From an uncultured Spirochaetota bacterium (lineage in GTDB: Bacteria > Spirochaetota > Spirochaetia > SZUA-6 > Fen-1364): a DNA stretch of 55,342 nucleotides. The DNA is taken from positions 1 through 55,342 of the forward strand of contig CAVUXE010000069.1 of the NCBI GenBank assembly GCA_963745235.1, in the 5' to 3' direction. The notes beneath the pieces were generated by a model. The model was not told where the DNA came from. It searched no databases and saw only the letters and a list, made by a program, of their open reading frames with translations. The translations under genes were made by a program, and so were the position numbers. Positions within the stretch are counted from its first letter, which is position 1. Each line of letters opens with the position of its first letter. Positions 1-10,275 of the stretch are shown here, piece by piece.

Positions 1-596
1 GATATTGCCGACGTACCAGTCCTCCTCGAAGTGCGCGGCAAACGGCGTAATGTGCTCCGCGGTGAACGCGCGCACCAGAGAAGCAAGCTGGGGTGTCGTG
101 GTCGGGGGCCGGAGGTGATAGCGGTCGAAGAGGTCCTTGTTGAAGAACACGCCCTGGTAGAACGCGTTATACGGAAGGCCGTAGACGCGGCCCTTCACGG
201 TGACCGCGGGCAGGGCCACGGGGCTGATGTACTGCACGAGGGGGCCGGCGCGGGGGCGATGTTCCCCGTGGGGACATACGTCGCCACGTCCTGGGCCTTG
301 CCGACCATGATGTCGGGGACCTCGCCCGAGGCCAGCTTGGCCTGCATCTGGGCCTCGAATCGCTCGCCCCAGTCCATGCGCTCCCACTCCAGCTCCACGT
401 CGGGGTCGCGGCTCCTCAACAAGTCGTTGATCATCTCTTCTATGCCGGCATCGGAGGTGGACTGCCCGGCCAGCACAGTCAGCAGGACCTTGCGGATCGG
501 GGTGTCGCCCTGAGCGGGCCCGGCCTTGCGGGGAGTGCAGGCAACCACGAAGAGACAGCTCAGCGCGAGGGCCGCGGGGAGGAAGGCCCGCTTCAT
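1..596 (-). CDS. Carbohydrate ABC transporter substrate-binding lipoprotein; frameshift near 240-257; runs off the window start
   Basis: Lipoprotein-type signal (MKRAFL...VVAC) and ASGEVPDI motif. After the G/C-rich tract another frame continues as LVQYISPVALPAVTVKGRVYGLPYNAFYQGVFFNKDLF, a typical family-1 SBP segment. Confidence 0.85.
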
Positions 597-2221
597 GGCC
601 GCTTACCTGTCTCCACGCCGGATTTGTATTCCCGGGGGCTGACGCCGGTGATCTTGCGAAAGACGCGGTTGAAGTAGGCGTACTCCTCGTACCCGACCAG
701 TGACGAGATGTCCGCTAGGCTCAGGTCGCGCCGGGAGGAAGGATCCCCCGTTCGGATGTACTCCTGGGCCTTCTCGATGCGCTTCCTGGCAATGGCCAGC
801 ATCAGGTTGAGTCCCGTGACCTGCTTGAAGGCCCTGGAGAGATACGAGCGTTCGACCCGGAACAGCCCGGCCAGGGAGGTGAGGGAAAGATCCCGGAAGT
901 ACTTCTCTTCGATGTACGCCTGCACCCGGCGGACCACCGTCTGCATGGATTCGCTTGTCCCCGAGTCCCCGGCGTCCGGCAGCGCTTCCTCCAGCGCCTG
1001 CTCGACAAGGCTGCACATCTCCCCCGCGTCCTGGGACTCGAGCGCCTCCTCCAGGAGGTACGTGAAGTTCTCCGTCGATACCACAGAGGCGGCACCCGCG
1101 GCGGCGTTGTGAAAGATCAGGGCGGCCAGGTACTCGACGGTTTCCTTCGCCTCGGCCAGCGGCCAGTGGTCCTTGCTGCACGACCCGAGGCCGACCTGGT
1201 CGAAGATCACCTCCCGCGCCAGGGTCCGGTTGTTCGACTGGAGGGCGTAGACCAGCCTGTTTTCCTGCTCCGGGGTCGTCCGTCGTTGCAAGGAGCGCTT
1301 TCGGGCGTCTTCCACCCGGATCGCGGCGGAGTCCCCGTGGAGGGGGCACGCCAGGATCGCGGAACGCGCTTCCCAGTAGGCGGAGCGCAGCCGCGTGAAC
1401 GAGAAGCAGGAGCCACTGACGGCGACGGTTGAGCGGGAGCCCGTGCGCCGCTGCAGAAGACCCGGGAGCTCCCGGCACAGTCGCGCAAGGCCGTCCTCGT
1501 GGAGGTTGGAAATGACGACGAACTCGTTTCGCGCGTAGACGTTGTGGAACACCAGGGAACCGGGCGCCGTCTGGGCGATGAGATTCTTGATCTCGTGCGC
1601 GCGCCTCGGATCGTCCGCAATTGGTTTTCGGGGCGATGAGGCAAACCGTGTGAGCTTGACCAGCACGAGGCGGAACGCCGCGTGGCTCAGCTCGAGCTCG
1701 GAGATCAGAGCTTCGGAGGACGGCGAGGTCTCCTCCTCCGCGATGAGCGCGCTCAACTCGCGATCGCGCAGGAACGAGGAAGCGCTGAGCAGCTTCTCGC
1801 TGAGCTCCACCTCCGCAGCTTCCCGTGCCCTGAGGTTGCCCAGGGCGGCGATGGCTTTCTCCAGCGCCCCCAGCAGGGCGCTCTTGGAGACCGGCTTGAG
1901 CAGGTAGTCCACGGCGCCGCACATCAGCGCCTCCCGGACAAAGGCAAAGTCGCTGTAGCCGCTGAGCACGATGACCGCGGTCTGCGGGTAGCGCTGCTTC
2001 ACGCTGCGGATGACGTCGTTGCCGGAAACGAAGGGCATGTTGATGTCGGTGATGAGGATGTCGGGCCGACCGGACTCGACCTTGCGGAGAGCATCCTCTC
2101 CGTCCACGGCCGGGTCCAGGGGCTCGATCATCAGGTCCTGCCAGTCCAGGACGTGCATGAGGTTCTCGCGCACCCAGTGCTCGTCGTCTGCGATCAGGAG
2201 GCGAAAGGAGCTGTCACTCAC
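593..2221 (-). CDS. Response regulator, REC + AraC HTH (YesN-like)
   Basis: LLIADDE...DILITDINMP...DYLLKP receiver; C-terminal YLSRAFK and YFNRVFRKITGVSPREYK. Likely GTG start at 2221 overlaps the kinase stop. Confidence 0.92.
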   Translation of the reverse strand: MSDSSFRLLIADDEHWVRENLMHVLDWQDLMIEPLDPAVDGEDALRKVESGRPDILITDINMPFVSGNDVIRSVKQRYPQTAVIVLSGYSDFAFVREALMCGAVDYLLKPVSKSALLGALEKAIAALGNLRAREAAEVELSEKLLSASSFLRDRELSALIAEEETSPSSEALISELELSHAAFRLVLVKLTRFASSPRKPIADDPRRAHEIKNLIAQTAPGSLVFHNVYARNEFVVISNLHEDGLARLCRELPGLLQRRTGSRSTVAVSGSCFSFTRLRSAYWEARSAILACPLHGDSAAIRVEDARKRSLQRRTTPEQENRLVYALQSNNRTLAREVIFDQVGLGSCSKDHWPLAEAKETVEYLAALIFHNAAAGAASVVSTENFTYLLEEALESQDAGEMCSLVEQALEEALPDAGDSGTSESMQTVVRRVQAYIEEKYFRDLSLTSLAGLFRVERSYLSRAFKQVTGLNLMLAIARKRIEKAQEYIRTGDPSSRRDLSLADISSLVGYEEYAYFNRVFRKITGVSPREYKSGVETGKRP

Positions 2222-3998
2222 GAGGCGCCCCGGCCCGAGGGACGGCCAGCGTAACCGTGCTTCCCTCCCCGGGGGCGCTCTGGACCACCACGCCGTACTT
2301 CTCTCCGAAGAGAAGCCGCGTGCGGGCGTGGATGTTGCCCAGACCCACCGAGGAGATGTTGTCAAGCGCCTCAGCCGGCCCCCCGGTTTGCAGCTGCCGG
2401 TTGACCTCATCCGCGTCCATGCCCACGCCGTTGTCGCTCACCGAAAGCACGATGCTGCCGTCCTGGATAGCGCCGGAAATGACGATCTTCTTCGGACCCC
2501 GCTTGTTCTTCAGGCCGTGCGTGAAGGAGTTCTCTACCAGCGGCTGCAGGGAAAGTCTGGGGACGCGCTCCTGCAACAGCTCGTCATGGACGCGCAACTC
2601 CAGCTCGACGCCGTTGTGCGTGCGCACGTTCATGACGTACGTGTAGTTCTTGATATGAAGGATCTCTTCCTCCACCGTCGCGAGGGGATCCTTCATGTCG
2701 ATGCTGTAGCGGAAGATGTTGGACAGCGCCTGGCACATGGCGGCCACAGTGTGGCACTGCTGTGAGGCGGCCACGTCCCGCATGGCTTCCAGCGAGTTGT
2801 ACAGGAAGTGCGGGTTTACCTGGGCCTGCAGGGCCTTGTACTCGGCCTGCCTCAAGAGCAGCGTGACCTTGTACTCCTCCGCGATGAGCGCCTGGATGCG
2901 GTCCAGCATCTCGTTGATGGTCTGGCCCAGGCTGCCGATCTCGTCCCGCTTCAGCCCGGTGAGCCTCATGTCGATGGCGCCGCCCTTGATCTGGCGGAGG
3001 CTGCGCACGATACGGGAGAGTGGCGTGGTGAGGGACCGCGTCAGCAGGGTGGCGGAAACGATGGCCACTGTCACGAGGATCAGCGCGATGATCAGCATGT
3101 TTCGCCGCAGGACCGACTGGCTCTCCTGCAGGAGGTACTGCGGCGTCAGAGAGTAGGCCATGAGGTCATACTTGCGCTGCGGCACCTGGAAGAGGACCGA
3201 GTCCCCGATCTTCTGCGCGCCGCTTTCGGTCCCGGCCGCGCCGGCCTTCCGAGAGGTGAGGGTCTGGTACACCTGCGTGTCACGCGGATTGGGGTTGCCG
3301 AAGGAGACAGCAGGGCGGTCCCCCGCGGGCTGCAGCCACACCAGCTGGCGGTCCGAATACACGTATTTCTCCATGATACGAGAGAAGCTTCCGCTGTCCA
3401 CGTCGCACACCACGAAGCCGATCTTCTTCGTCACGTTGTTGGCGTAGATCTTCAGGACGAAGCGGACGATGTCTTTCGCCCGGCTCGTGTTGAGGTAACT
3501 GGAGACGAGCATGACCCGTCTATCGGACTGCACGTAGGAGGTGACGGCATCAGCGTTGTCCTGGTAGGGGGCCTGGTAGATGTCCTCGGGGTAGTTGAAC
3601 CGGGGCGTGTTCGCACTGCGGTAGTAGGACACCAATCCCTGCTTCATCGTGTACACGTACAGCGCGTTCACGTTCTGAGCCGGGTCGAAGACCGTGAGCG
3701 CCAGGTCGTAGGCGACGCGGTCGTAGCGGCGGTGAAGCTCCTCCGGCGGCAGGGCCGCCCCCAGGTCGCGGATGAGCTCCGTCTGGTTGTAGATCTTGAT
3801 GAGGTTGTTCTCGTAGGACTTGATCCACGTGTACAGCTCATCCTGCATGTGCTCCAGCGACTTCTGGCTGGCTCCCTGCTCCTGGCCGTAGATGATCGAC
3901 GATGCGGAGTATTGAAAGAACAGCGTCTGCAGAACGAGTGCCGCGAGCGTGCAGGAGATGCAGAGGATCAGAATTTTCGTGCGTACGCCAAGCGTCAT
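2214..3998 (-). CDS. Sensor histidine kinase, YesM/LytS-type (2 TM, HAMP, His_kinase, HATPase)
   Basis: ALQAQVNPHFLYNSL, LQPLVENSFTHG, DNGVG and GLGNIHAR motifs. Start could also be 4061. Confidence 0.92.
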   Translation of the reverse strand: MTLGVRTKILILCISCTLAALVLQTLFFQYSASSIIYGQEQGASQKSLEHMQDELYTWIKSYENNLIKIYNQTELIRDLGAALPPEELHRRYDRVAYDLALTVFDPAQNVNALYVYTMKQGLVSYYRSANTPRFNYPEDIYQAPYQDNADAVTSYVQSDRRVMLVSSYLNTSRAKDIVRFVLKIYANNVTKKIGFVVCDVDSGSFSRIMEKYVYSDRQLVWLQPAGDRPAVSFGNPNPRDTQVYQTLTSRKAGAAGTESGAQKIGDSVLFQVPQRKYDLMAYSLTPQYLLQESQSVLRRNMLIIALILVTVAIVSATLLTRSLTTPLSRIVRSLRQIKGGAIDMRLTGLKRDEIGSLGQTINEMLDRIQALIAEEYKVTLLLRQAEYKALQAQVNPHFLYNSLEAMRDVAASQQCHTVAAMCQALSNIFRYSIDMKDPLATVEEEILHIKNYTYVMNVRTHNGVELELRVHDELLQERVPRLSLQPLVENSFTHGLKNKRGPKKIVISGAIQDGSIVLSVSDNGVGMDADEVNRQLQTGGPAEALDNISSVGLGNIHARTRLLFGEKYGVVVQSAPGEGSTVTLAVPRAGAPRE

Positions 3999-4224
3999 GA
4001 TCCCGTTCGTCCGAGGTATCGGGTTTTCTCGCGGCCCGGGCCGCTGTTTCAAGCTCGTCATAGACGCATGTTGATCGTATCGCTCCCGAGGGTGAGCAAC
4101 AAGCTCCTCTTTTCACAAATCTGAGCTGGCGCGCAAGTTGCTGCAGCAAGTGGGCATCACAAAGGAAGTCTTATCGACTCGCGAACCAACCGGCTTGAAA
4201 CTGAGGACAGTCCTTCGCACACTC

Positions 4225-6252
4225 CTATCCCACCTGGAAAGCCTTGCCGATGGCTGTAGCCTCAACCTGGATCCCTAGAAGAACCTCATTCCCGTCCGAC
4301 GCCTTCGGGGCGCTGATGCGCACATCAGTAGTTACCGTGATCTCGCCATGGGCTCCGCGGCGGATGGCTTCCTCCACAGCCGCTTCCCGGGCGGCCCTCC
4401 GGGCCTCCTCGATGGCTGCCGTCTGGTCCCCAATATGGATCGCCCCAGATTCTCCGAAGACCGCATAGCCCATTAGCCCGTCGATGGAATACTGCGGCTT
4501 GATCTCCACCCTGCGGGTCGCGCGGATGCTCCCCACGATCGCGCCCAGCGCGTTGGCCACCCCCGCGTTCTCGGGAATCACGCACCGTGTTCCCAAAGCC
4601 TCGGCCACGGGGGGTAGGAAAAGGTGAATGGGCGCCCCGACGCCCACGAGCGCTGCCGAGGTGTCGAAACTGAATCCCAGCAGATTTCGTCTCTTGCCAT
4701 GACGGGCCATGTCCCAGCTCGTCGCAATAAGCTGATCCAGGCCGTCGGAAGAAGCGGAAAGGGAGCCGGCAAGAAATGCGTACTGGTCTTCCAGGAGCAC
4801 CGTGACCACAGCCCGGTATAGCCTGCGCTGCACCTCATCGTATACCATCTCCTGGAGGGTGGCGGAAGTAACCGCGAGGCAGGAGGCGAAGAAGGAGGCG
4901 CCCAGCGCCGCGGCCTCGGTGTCGAACCGGGTGAAATCCCCCCGCAAGTGCATGATGTCCGTCGGCGTGAGGCCGCTGCGCAGGATCACCCCTTCCTCTT
5001 CAAGCCGGCGCACATCCAGGTTATAGGGGCTCGTGCCGGCCGCCTCAGCCGCCTCCGCGAACGAAAGCGGGCCGTCCCGGAGGGCTTGGCAGAAGCTCTT
5101 TTCCGCGCTTGTGTAGGCGGAACTGGCGGAGATGTCCTTTGGCGAGCAGAAGAACTCGTGCAGGGGAAGCGGGTGGCCCGCAGGCCTGCGCCGGACCAGG
5201 TCAGCCAGCTTCGCAGTGACCGACGGCCACGTGGAAGCCGCTACGGACAGCGGCAGAAGCCTCGCTGGTTCCAGCCGCATGACGCCGTGGCCGTCCAAGC
5301 GTACCGCGCTGTCTCCACCAAGCCCGAATGACCGCACGGAGAGCCCCTTCACGAACGTTTTCCACTTGCCGACGTGCACGCCCTCGCTTGCCTTGCGAGG
5401 AACGCCGCCAGTGACGATGGCGATGTCCGTCGTGGTCCCTCCCATGTCGATGACGAGGCAGTCTTTCTCCCCGGCAAGGGCGAGGCCGCCCATGACGCTC
5501 GCGGCCGGGCCGCAAACGAGCGTCTCCACCGGCCGGTGCTCAGCGTAGCGTCCGGACATGAGGCTGCCGTCGCTCCTCATGATGACCACCGGGGCGGTGA
5601 TGGAGCGCTGGCGTAGTGCGGTGCTCGTGGCAAGGAGGAACTCGTTGATGAGGGGAACAAGCCGGGCGTTAAGGAGCACACTGGATCCCCGGCGTAGAGA
5701 GTTGAGGTCCGAGAACAGTTCGTGGCCGCAGACCACGGGTATGTTGAAAGCGGTGCTAAGGAACACGCTGGCCTGCTTCTCCAGCGCGCCGCCGTTGTCC
5801 ATGGCGTCGATATCCACGATGCCTGCACCGCAGGCGTCCTTGATCCATGCTCCACCGGCCCGAAGGAACGAGTCCCAGTCCGGGGTCCGCACGATCTCTC
5901 CCGCGGTGGTGGTCTTGGCGTCCACGTGGAAGATCTCGCCGTCCGACGGCAGGCCGTACTCCGCGCCGTAGCGCTCCACGATCCAGGGCTGCACGCCGAT
6001 GAACAGGAGCCTGGCGCGCCCACCCTTGTCCTCCACGCACGCGTTGGTGGCCAGCGTAGTGGACAGGGAGATCATCTCCGCACTGCGCACGAGATCCAGT
6101 GGGAGGGCATCCAGTGCGGCGCCGATGCCCACAGACAAGTCCGCCTTAGTGGTCTGGGCCTTGGCGGCCGCCAGTACCCGCTGAGCGTCGAAGTCGTATG
6201 CGACGGCATCAGTGTAGGTTCCGCCCGTGTCGATGCCGATTCCGATTCCCAT
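4225..6252 (-). CDS. Hydantoinase/oxoprolinase family protein (A-type subunit, stand-alone)
   Basis: GIDTGGTYTD, LSTTLATNA, CGPAASVMG, IDMGGTTTDIA, GLGGDS and VANALGA motifs. Confidence 0.9.
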   Translation of the reverse strand: MGIGIGIDTGGTYTDAVAYDFDAQRVLAAAKAQTTKADLSVGIGAALDALPLDLVRSAEMISLSTTLATNACVEDKGGRARLLFIGVQPWIVERYGAEYGLPSDGEIFHVDAKTTTAGEIVRTPDWDSFLRAGGAWIKDACGAGIVDIDAMDNGGALEKQASVFLSTAFNIPVVCGHELFSDLNSLRRGSSVLLNARLVPLINEFLLATSTALRQRSITAPVVIMRSDGSLMSGRYAEHRPVETLVCGPAASVMGGLALAGEKDCLVIDMGGTTTDIAIVTGGVPRKASEGVHVGKWKTFVKGLSVRSFGLGGDSAVRLDGHGVMRLEPARLLPLSVAASTWPSVTAKLADLVRRRPAGHPLPLHEFFCSPKDISASSAYTSAEKSFCQALRDGPLSFAEAAEAAGTSPYNLDVRRLEEEGVILRSGLTPTDIMHLRGDFTRFDTEAAALGASFFASCLAVTSATLQEMVYDEVQRRLYRAVVTVLLEDQYAFLAGSLSASSDGLDQLIATSWDMARHGKRRNLLGFSFDTSAALVGVGAPIHLFLPPVAEALGTRCVIPENAGVANALGAIVGSIRATRRVEIKPQYSIDGLMGYAVFGESGAIHIGDQTAAIEEARRAAREAAVEEAIRRGAHGEITVTTDVRISAPKASDGNEVLLGIQVEATAIGKAFQVG

Positions 6253-6803
6253 TTTTGCACGCGCCTCCAGACCTTCGATGGTTTCTGGAAGGTTAGCATT
6301 GGAACGGTCGAGGCGCCAATGGCCTTAAGTCGGCGGGGCATCGGCGGAAATAAGCAGGGAGTGTCAAATGACGTTGGCGAAGTCGGACCTGGTGGCGGCG
6401 TTCTCCCGTCAGCAGAAAGGCAATCCCAATGTCCGCCTCGTTGGGTGACGATCCCGAGGCAGCGGGTATACGCCGCTCGGCCGGTGTCCCTGAAGGGCAA
6501 GTGTCAGATCGAGTCTAAGCAATCACACTTAGGGGGATCTCCTCTTACCTGCAGTCGAAGCCCTCTCCTGTGTTGCGGAGCAAAGTGTTTGCTTGCAGTC
6601 ATATTGCGCTACAGTTCCAGTTGAAAGAAGGCGCCACGGCTTATCCCTGGATGTAGTCGCAGGTGGCGGGCAGTACGAAAGCCGCAAGCAAGGGACGCGC
6701 TCGGCCGCAACCGGCCGGCGGACCGCTCAGCACGCCGCCGCCCGGACCGCTCCCGGTCTCCCGAGCGAGACAGAGGTGGCACCTTCGTCCGGTCCCCCCA
6801 ATC

Positions 6804-7571
6804 CTACTCTCCGGCGAGCTTCCCTGCCGACTCCGGGTCCAGGTACATCGTGGCGTTCTCCTTTTCCTTCAGGATCGAGGCCGGAAGATCCGGAGAAACG
6901 GAGGCATGCATCAGGCGCGCAACGATCGCCGCTTTGATGGCGTAGGGGACCACCACGAGGATCACTGATGCCGCCATCAGGGTGGGCATGGTGATCGTGA
7001 ATCCGGAATCGGGGATGGCGCTGAGCGCTTTGAAGTTGGGGTCCTGCTCGAGCTGCCGCTTGCTCTCATCGACAACCTTGACGAACCTCACCCTCTGCGG
7101 GTCGTGGAAGTTGGTGTGCCCAGGTTCGTTCAAGGCGATGTGACCCGAGATGCCGATGCCGAGACAGGAGATGTGCGGCGGGCGGGCGGCGATGAGCGCC
7201 TCGTAGCGCAGCCGCTCGGCCTCGATGTCCTTGGCGGCGTAGTCGATCACGTTGACGCTTTTCGGAGAGACGTGCTCGTACAGGTCTCGGGTGGGCTGGG
7301 CGCTCACCGTGTTCTCCGCGTGCATGCCCGGCGCGTAGAACTCGTCCACGGAAAACGCGTTGATCCGGCTCCAGTCGATGTCAGCGCGGGCGCGCAGCGA
7401 GCGGTGAAACACCGACTGCGACTCCGCGCCGGAGAACACGACGTTGATTTCCGGGTTCGACCGCAGCAGCGCGGCCGCACCCGCGGCAAAGTCCGTAGCG
7501 GCTTTCTCCGCCATCTGGGACGTCGAGTCAGCGGCAAGGACCTTCATCCTGCCGCAGGCGAACTCCCTCAT
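6804..7571 (-). CDS. Glucosamine-6-phosphate deaminase-like protein (NagB/6PGL fold)
   Basis: IDWSRINAFSVDEF, LGIGISGHIALNEPG, PASILK and YLDPESA motifs. The phosphate loop (SGAESQ) differs from canonical NagB. Confidence 0.85.
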   Translation of the reverse strand: MREFACGRMKVLAADSTSQMAEKAATDFAAGAAALLRSNPEINVVFSGAESQSVFHRSLRARADIDWSRINAFSVDEFYAPGMHAENTVSAQPTRDLYEHVSPKSVNVIDYAAKDIEAERLRYEALIAARPPHISCLGIGISGHIALNEPGHTNFHDPQRVRFVKVVDESKRQLEQDPNFKALSAIPDSGFTITMPTLMAASVILVVVPYAIKAAIVARLMHASVSPDLPASILKEKENATMYLDPESAGKLAGE

Positions 7572-7590
7572 GCTTGTCCTCCATCACGTC

Positions 7591-8859
7591 TCACGCCGGA
7601 CCACCAAGCTCCACGCGGGGTTGTGGAGCGTAGTAGATCCGGGCGGGGGCACCGTCGTGCAGGATGGAGAGCCGGGCAGCCTCCACGACGAGCTCATTGG
7701 TCCAACTGTTCGACGGGGTGGCCAGGAGGCCCCTCTCGTCTGCCTGGCGCGCCCGGCTGCGCCGTGCCTCCAGCGCCAGTTCCGACGGCAGGCCGTCGGC
7801 CTCTCGTTCCATGTCCACGATGGTGTGTACAATGGAAGCAATAGAGTCGTACCCGTAGCCGACGGGCCGGTCCCCCTGCCCTTCCCAAGGCACGAGGCGG
7901 AAGAAATCCGGGCTGACATAGTTGAACGCCGACCCTCCGGGGCCGATGCCGTCCAGGTAGGCGTAGCTGACGCCGCGGTTGTGGTCGTCATGCCGGATCA
8001 TGCCGGAGCGACCCTCGCCCTCGCAGAACAAGATGAGCCCCTGGTCGTTGCTGCCCGCAGCCTGGTCCGGGTAGCCTAACCCGTTGGAGACCGCGAGGAG
8101 CGCGCCGTTTTCCCACCGGACCGTCCCCAGCGACCAGAGGAAACCCTCTTTCCCATTGGGGAAACGCCGGGCCACGCCCTGGAGACGGACCTCCGTCGGG
8201 CGGAGGCCCGTGATGAAGGACACCAGGTCCACGTAGTGGCAGCCGATGTACGTGAAGGGATCCGACTGGTCGCAGGTGAACCAGTTCTGGAAGTTGGACT
8301 GGCGATAGTACCAGGGCTCGATCAACTTGGCTTCCCCAAACACGAACTCGCCGAACTGGCCGCGCCGGTAGGCCGAGCGGGCAACCAGGGAACGACGGTC
8401 GAACCGCTTGTGATACTCCACTCCCACGAACAGCCCGCGCTCCCTGGCGGCCTTCTCTATCTCCATGGCCTGGGAGACCTTCAGCACCAGCGGCTTCACG
8501 CACAGCACGTGCTGGTTGGACTCGAGCGCCGCCATGACCACCTCGTAGTGGAGTTGGTCTGGCACCGCCACCACGACGAGCTGGTGCGGCGGAAGGCGCG
8601 AGATGACCTGGCGGTACAGGTTGGGATCTGCACGGTCTTCCGGCTGGTCCAGCGGCGGGCTGGGAACGAAGGACTGGCCGGGGAAGCTGCGCGAGATGTC
8701 GGGGTTGGACGCCAGGACCGATAGGGGGCGCGAGCTGAGCGCGGAAATCGTGATGTCGGAGATCACGCCCGTCCGCTGGAGGTGGTAGAGGCTCGGCAGG
8801 ATCAGGTCGGCGGTGATCATCCCGCCCCCCACGATCACGGTCTTCAATGCGTTGGCCAT
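7591..8859 (-). CDS. Gfo/Idh/MocA family oxidoreductase
   Basis: IVGGGMI Rossmann motif, VAVPDQLH, HVLCVKPL, YHKRFD and GCHYVD. Confidence 0.9.
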   Translation of the reverse strand: MANALKTVIVGGGMITADLILPSLYHLQRTGVISDITISALSSRPLSVLASNPDISRSFPGQSFVPSPPLDQPEDRADPNLYRQVISRLPPHQLVVVAVPDQLHYEVVMAALESNQHVLCVKPLVLKVSQAMEIEKAARERGLFVGVEYHKRFDRRSLVARSAYRRGQFGEFVFGEAKLIEPWYYRQSNFQNWFTCDQSDPFTYIGCHYVDLVSFITGLRPTEVRLQGVARRFPNGKEGFLWSLGTVRWENGALLAVSNGLGYPDQAAGSNDQGLILFCEGEGRSGMIRHDDHNRGVSYAYLDGIGPGGSAFNYVSPDFFRLVPWEGQGDRPVGYGYDSIASIVHTIVDMEREADGLPSELALEARRSRARQADERGLLATPSNSWTNELVVEAARLSILHDGAPARIYYAPQPRVELGGPA

Positions 8860-8880
8860 CTCCGTCCTCCAGGGGTCGAT

Positions 8881-10275
8881 CTATCGGAAGGTGTCATCCA
8901 TCGCCTCGGCGAGCGCGTTGAGCCCGTCCTCCAGCGCGTCCCGCGGGATGTCCAGCGACGGCGCGATCTTGATGCACTCACCTGCCACCCCCACCGGGGC
9001 GAACATGAGCAGCCCCTTCTGGAAGCAGTGGAGGTTGACGGCCAGCGCCGCCTCGGGGTCGGGTGTCCGGGTTCCCTCCTTCACGATCTGGATGCCGGCC
9101 ACGAGGCCCTTGCTATGCACGCATCCGGCCCGGCCCGGGTGGCGCTTCTGGATATTCAGGAGCCCTTCCCGAAGAACCGGGTCCAGCGCGCGGGCGTTGT
9201 CCAGGAAGCCGCCCTTTTTCAGCGCGTGGATGTTCGCCACCGCGCTGGCAACCGGCAGCGGGGAGCCGGAGTGGGTGGATGTCATGGAGCCGGGCGGGTA
9301 CAGCTCCATGACGTCCGGGCGGCCGATGACCGCGGACAGCGGGAGGGAGCCGGATATCCCCTTGCCGCACGCCACCAGGTCGGGAACGATCCCGTAGTTC
9401 TCGAACGCAAACCACGTCCCGGTCCGGCCGAAGCCGGCCTGGACCTCGTCCATGATCAGGAGCACATCGTGGTCCCGGCACCACTTCTCCAGTGCCCTGG
9501 CGTACTCCACGGGCATGAAGTCGGGCCCCACGCCCTGGAAGGTCTCCGTCAGGACGGCGCAGATCTCGTCCGGCGCGGCGCCCTGCCGGGCAAGGCTTTC
9601 CAGGAAGAGCTCGAAGCGCACGTCCAGGTTCTTGTACCCGTCCGGGAAGGGAACCTGGATGAAGTCCGGATGTGAGCCGCCCAGCCACTTCTTCTGTCCC
9701 TGCATTCCGCCGGCAAGCTGTGATCCCATGGTGCGGCCGTGGAACGCGTTCTGAAACGACACGACTTTCCGCCGAGCGGGCCCGTGTCGCTCCAGGCCGT
9801 AGGTGCGGGCGAGCTTGATGGTGTTCTCCACGGCCTCCGAGCCGGTGGACAGGAGGAACACCTTGCCGTCCGGAATGGGGCAGATGCCGGCCAGGAGCTC
9901 CGCCAGCTCCGCGCGGCTCTCATGGGCAAACACGTAGGCGCTGAGCAGCGGCAGGTCCAGCATGCGGCGCAGCGCCGCGACAACGGTGGGATTGGCGTTG
10001 CCAGCGTTGGAGATGAGCACGCCGCTGGACCAGTCCAGCCACTTGTTCCCCCAGCGGTCGTACACACAGATGCCCTGGGCGTGGTCCACGACCACTGGCG
10101 GCTGGCCCTGCATGGACGAGGGCTCAAAGCGCTCGAGCTTCTCGAAAATCGGGATGGACTCGGGTACAGGCAGGGACGTGGCGATCCGGCGGTACGGGGT
10201 CTCCACCGGCGGAACGGCAACAGGGACCAGGGAATACTTTCTCTTGTGCATGGACTGCTCTCTCATGGATGTCAT
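8881..10275 (-). CDS. Class III PLP-dependent aminotransferase
   Basis: STGSEAVE, AFHGRT and DEVQAGFGRTG...PDLVACGKG (PLP lysine). Start is the ATGA overlap at 10275 or the ATG at 10251; the longer track ORF extends into mttB. Confidence 0.92.
   Translation of the reverse strand: MTSMREQSMHKRKYSLVPVAVPPVETPYRRIATSLPVPESIPIFEKLERFEPSSMQGQPPVVVDHAQGICVYDRWGNKWLDWSSGVLISNAGNANPTVVAALRRMLDLPLLSAYVFAHESRAELAELLAGICPIPDGKVFLLSTGSEAVENTIKLARTYGLERHGPARRKVVSFQNAFHGRTMGSQLAGGMQGQKKWLGGSHPDFIQVPFPDGYKNLDVRFELFLESLARQGAAPDEICAVLTETFQGVGPDFMPVEYARALEKWCRDHDVLLIMDEVQAGFGRTGTWFAFENYGIVPDLVACGKGISGSLPLSAVIGRPDVMELYPPGSMTSTHSGSPLPVASAVANIHALKKGGFLDNARALDPVLREGLLNIQKRHPGRAGCVHSKGLVAGIQIVKEGTRTPDPEAALAVNLHCFQKGLLMFAPVGVAGECIKIAPSLDIPRDALEDGLNALAEAMDDTFR

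Noticed and set aside
235-260. Programmed frameshift or phase variation in the SBP gene
   Set aside because: Only short G runs, with no slippery heptamer or long homopolymer; sequencing error is the simpler explanation.
6368-6448. 26-codon ORF MTLAKSDLVAAFSRQQKGNPNVRLVG with a GGAG RBS
   Set aside because: Faint resemblance to an HU/IHF N-terminus, but too short to support a call.
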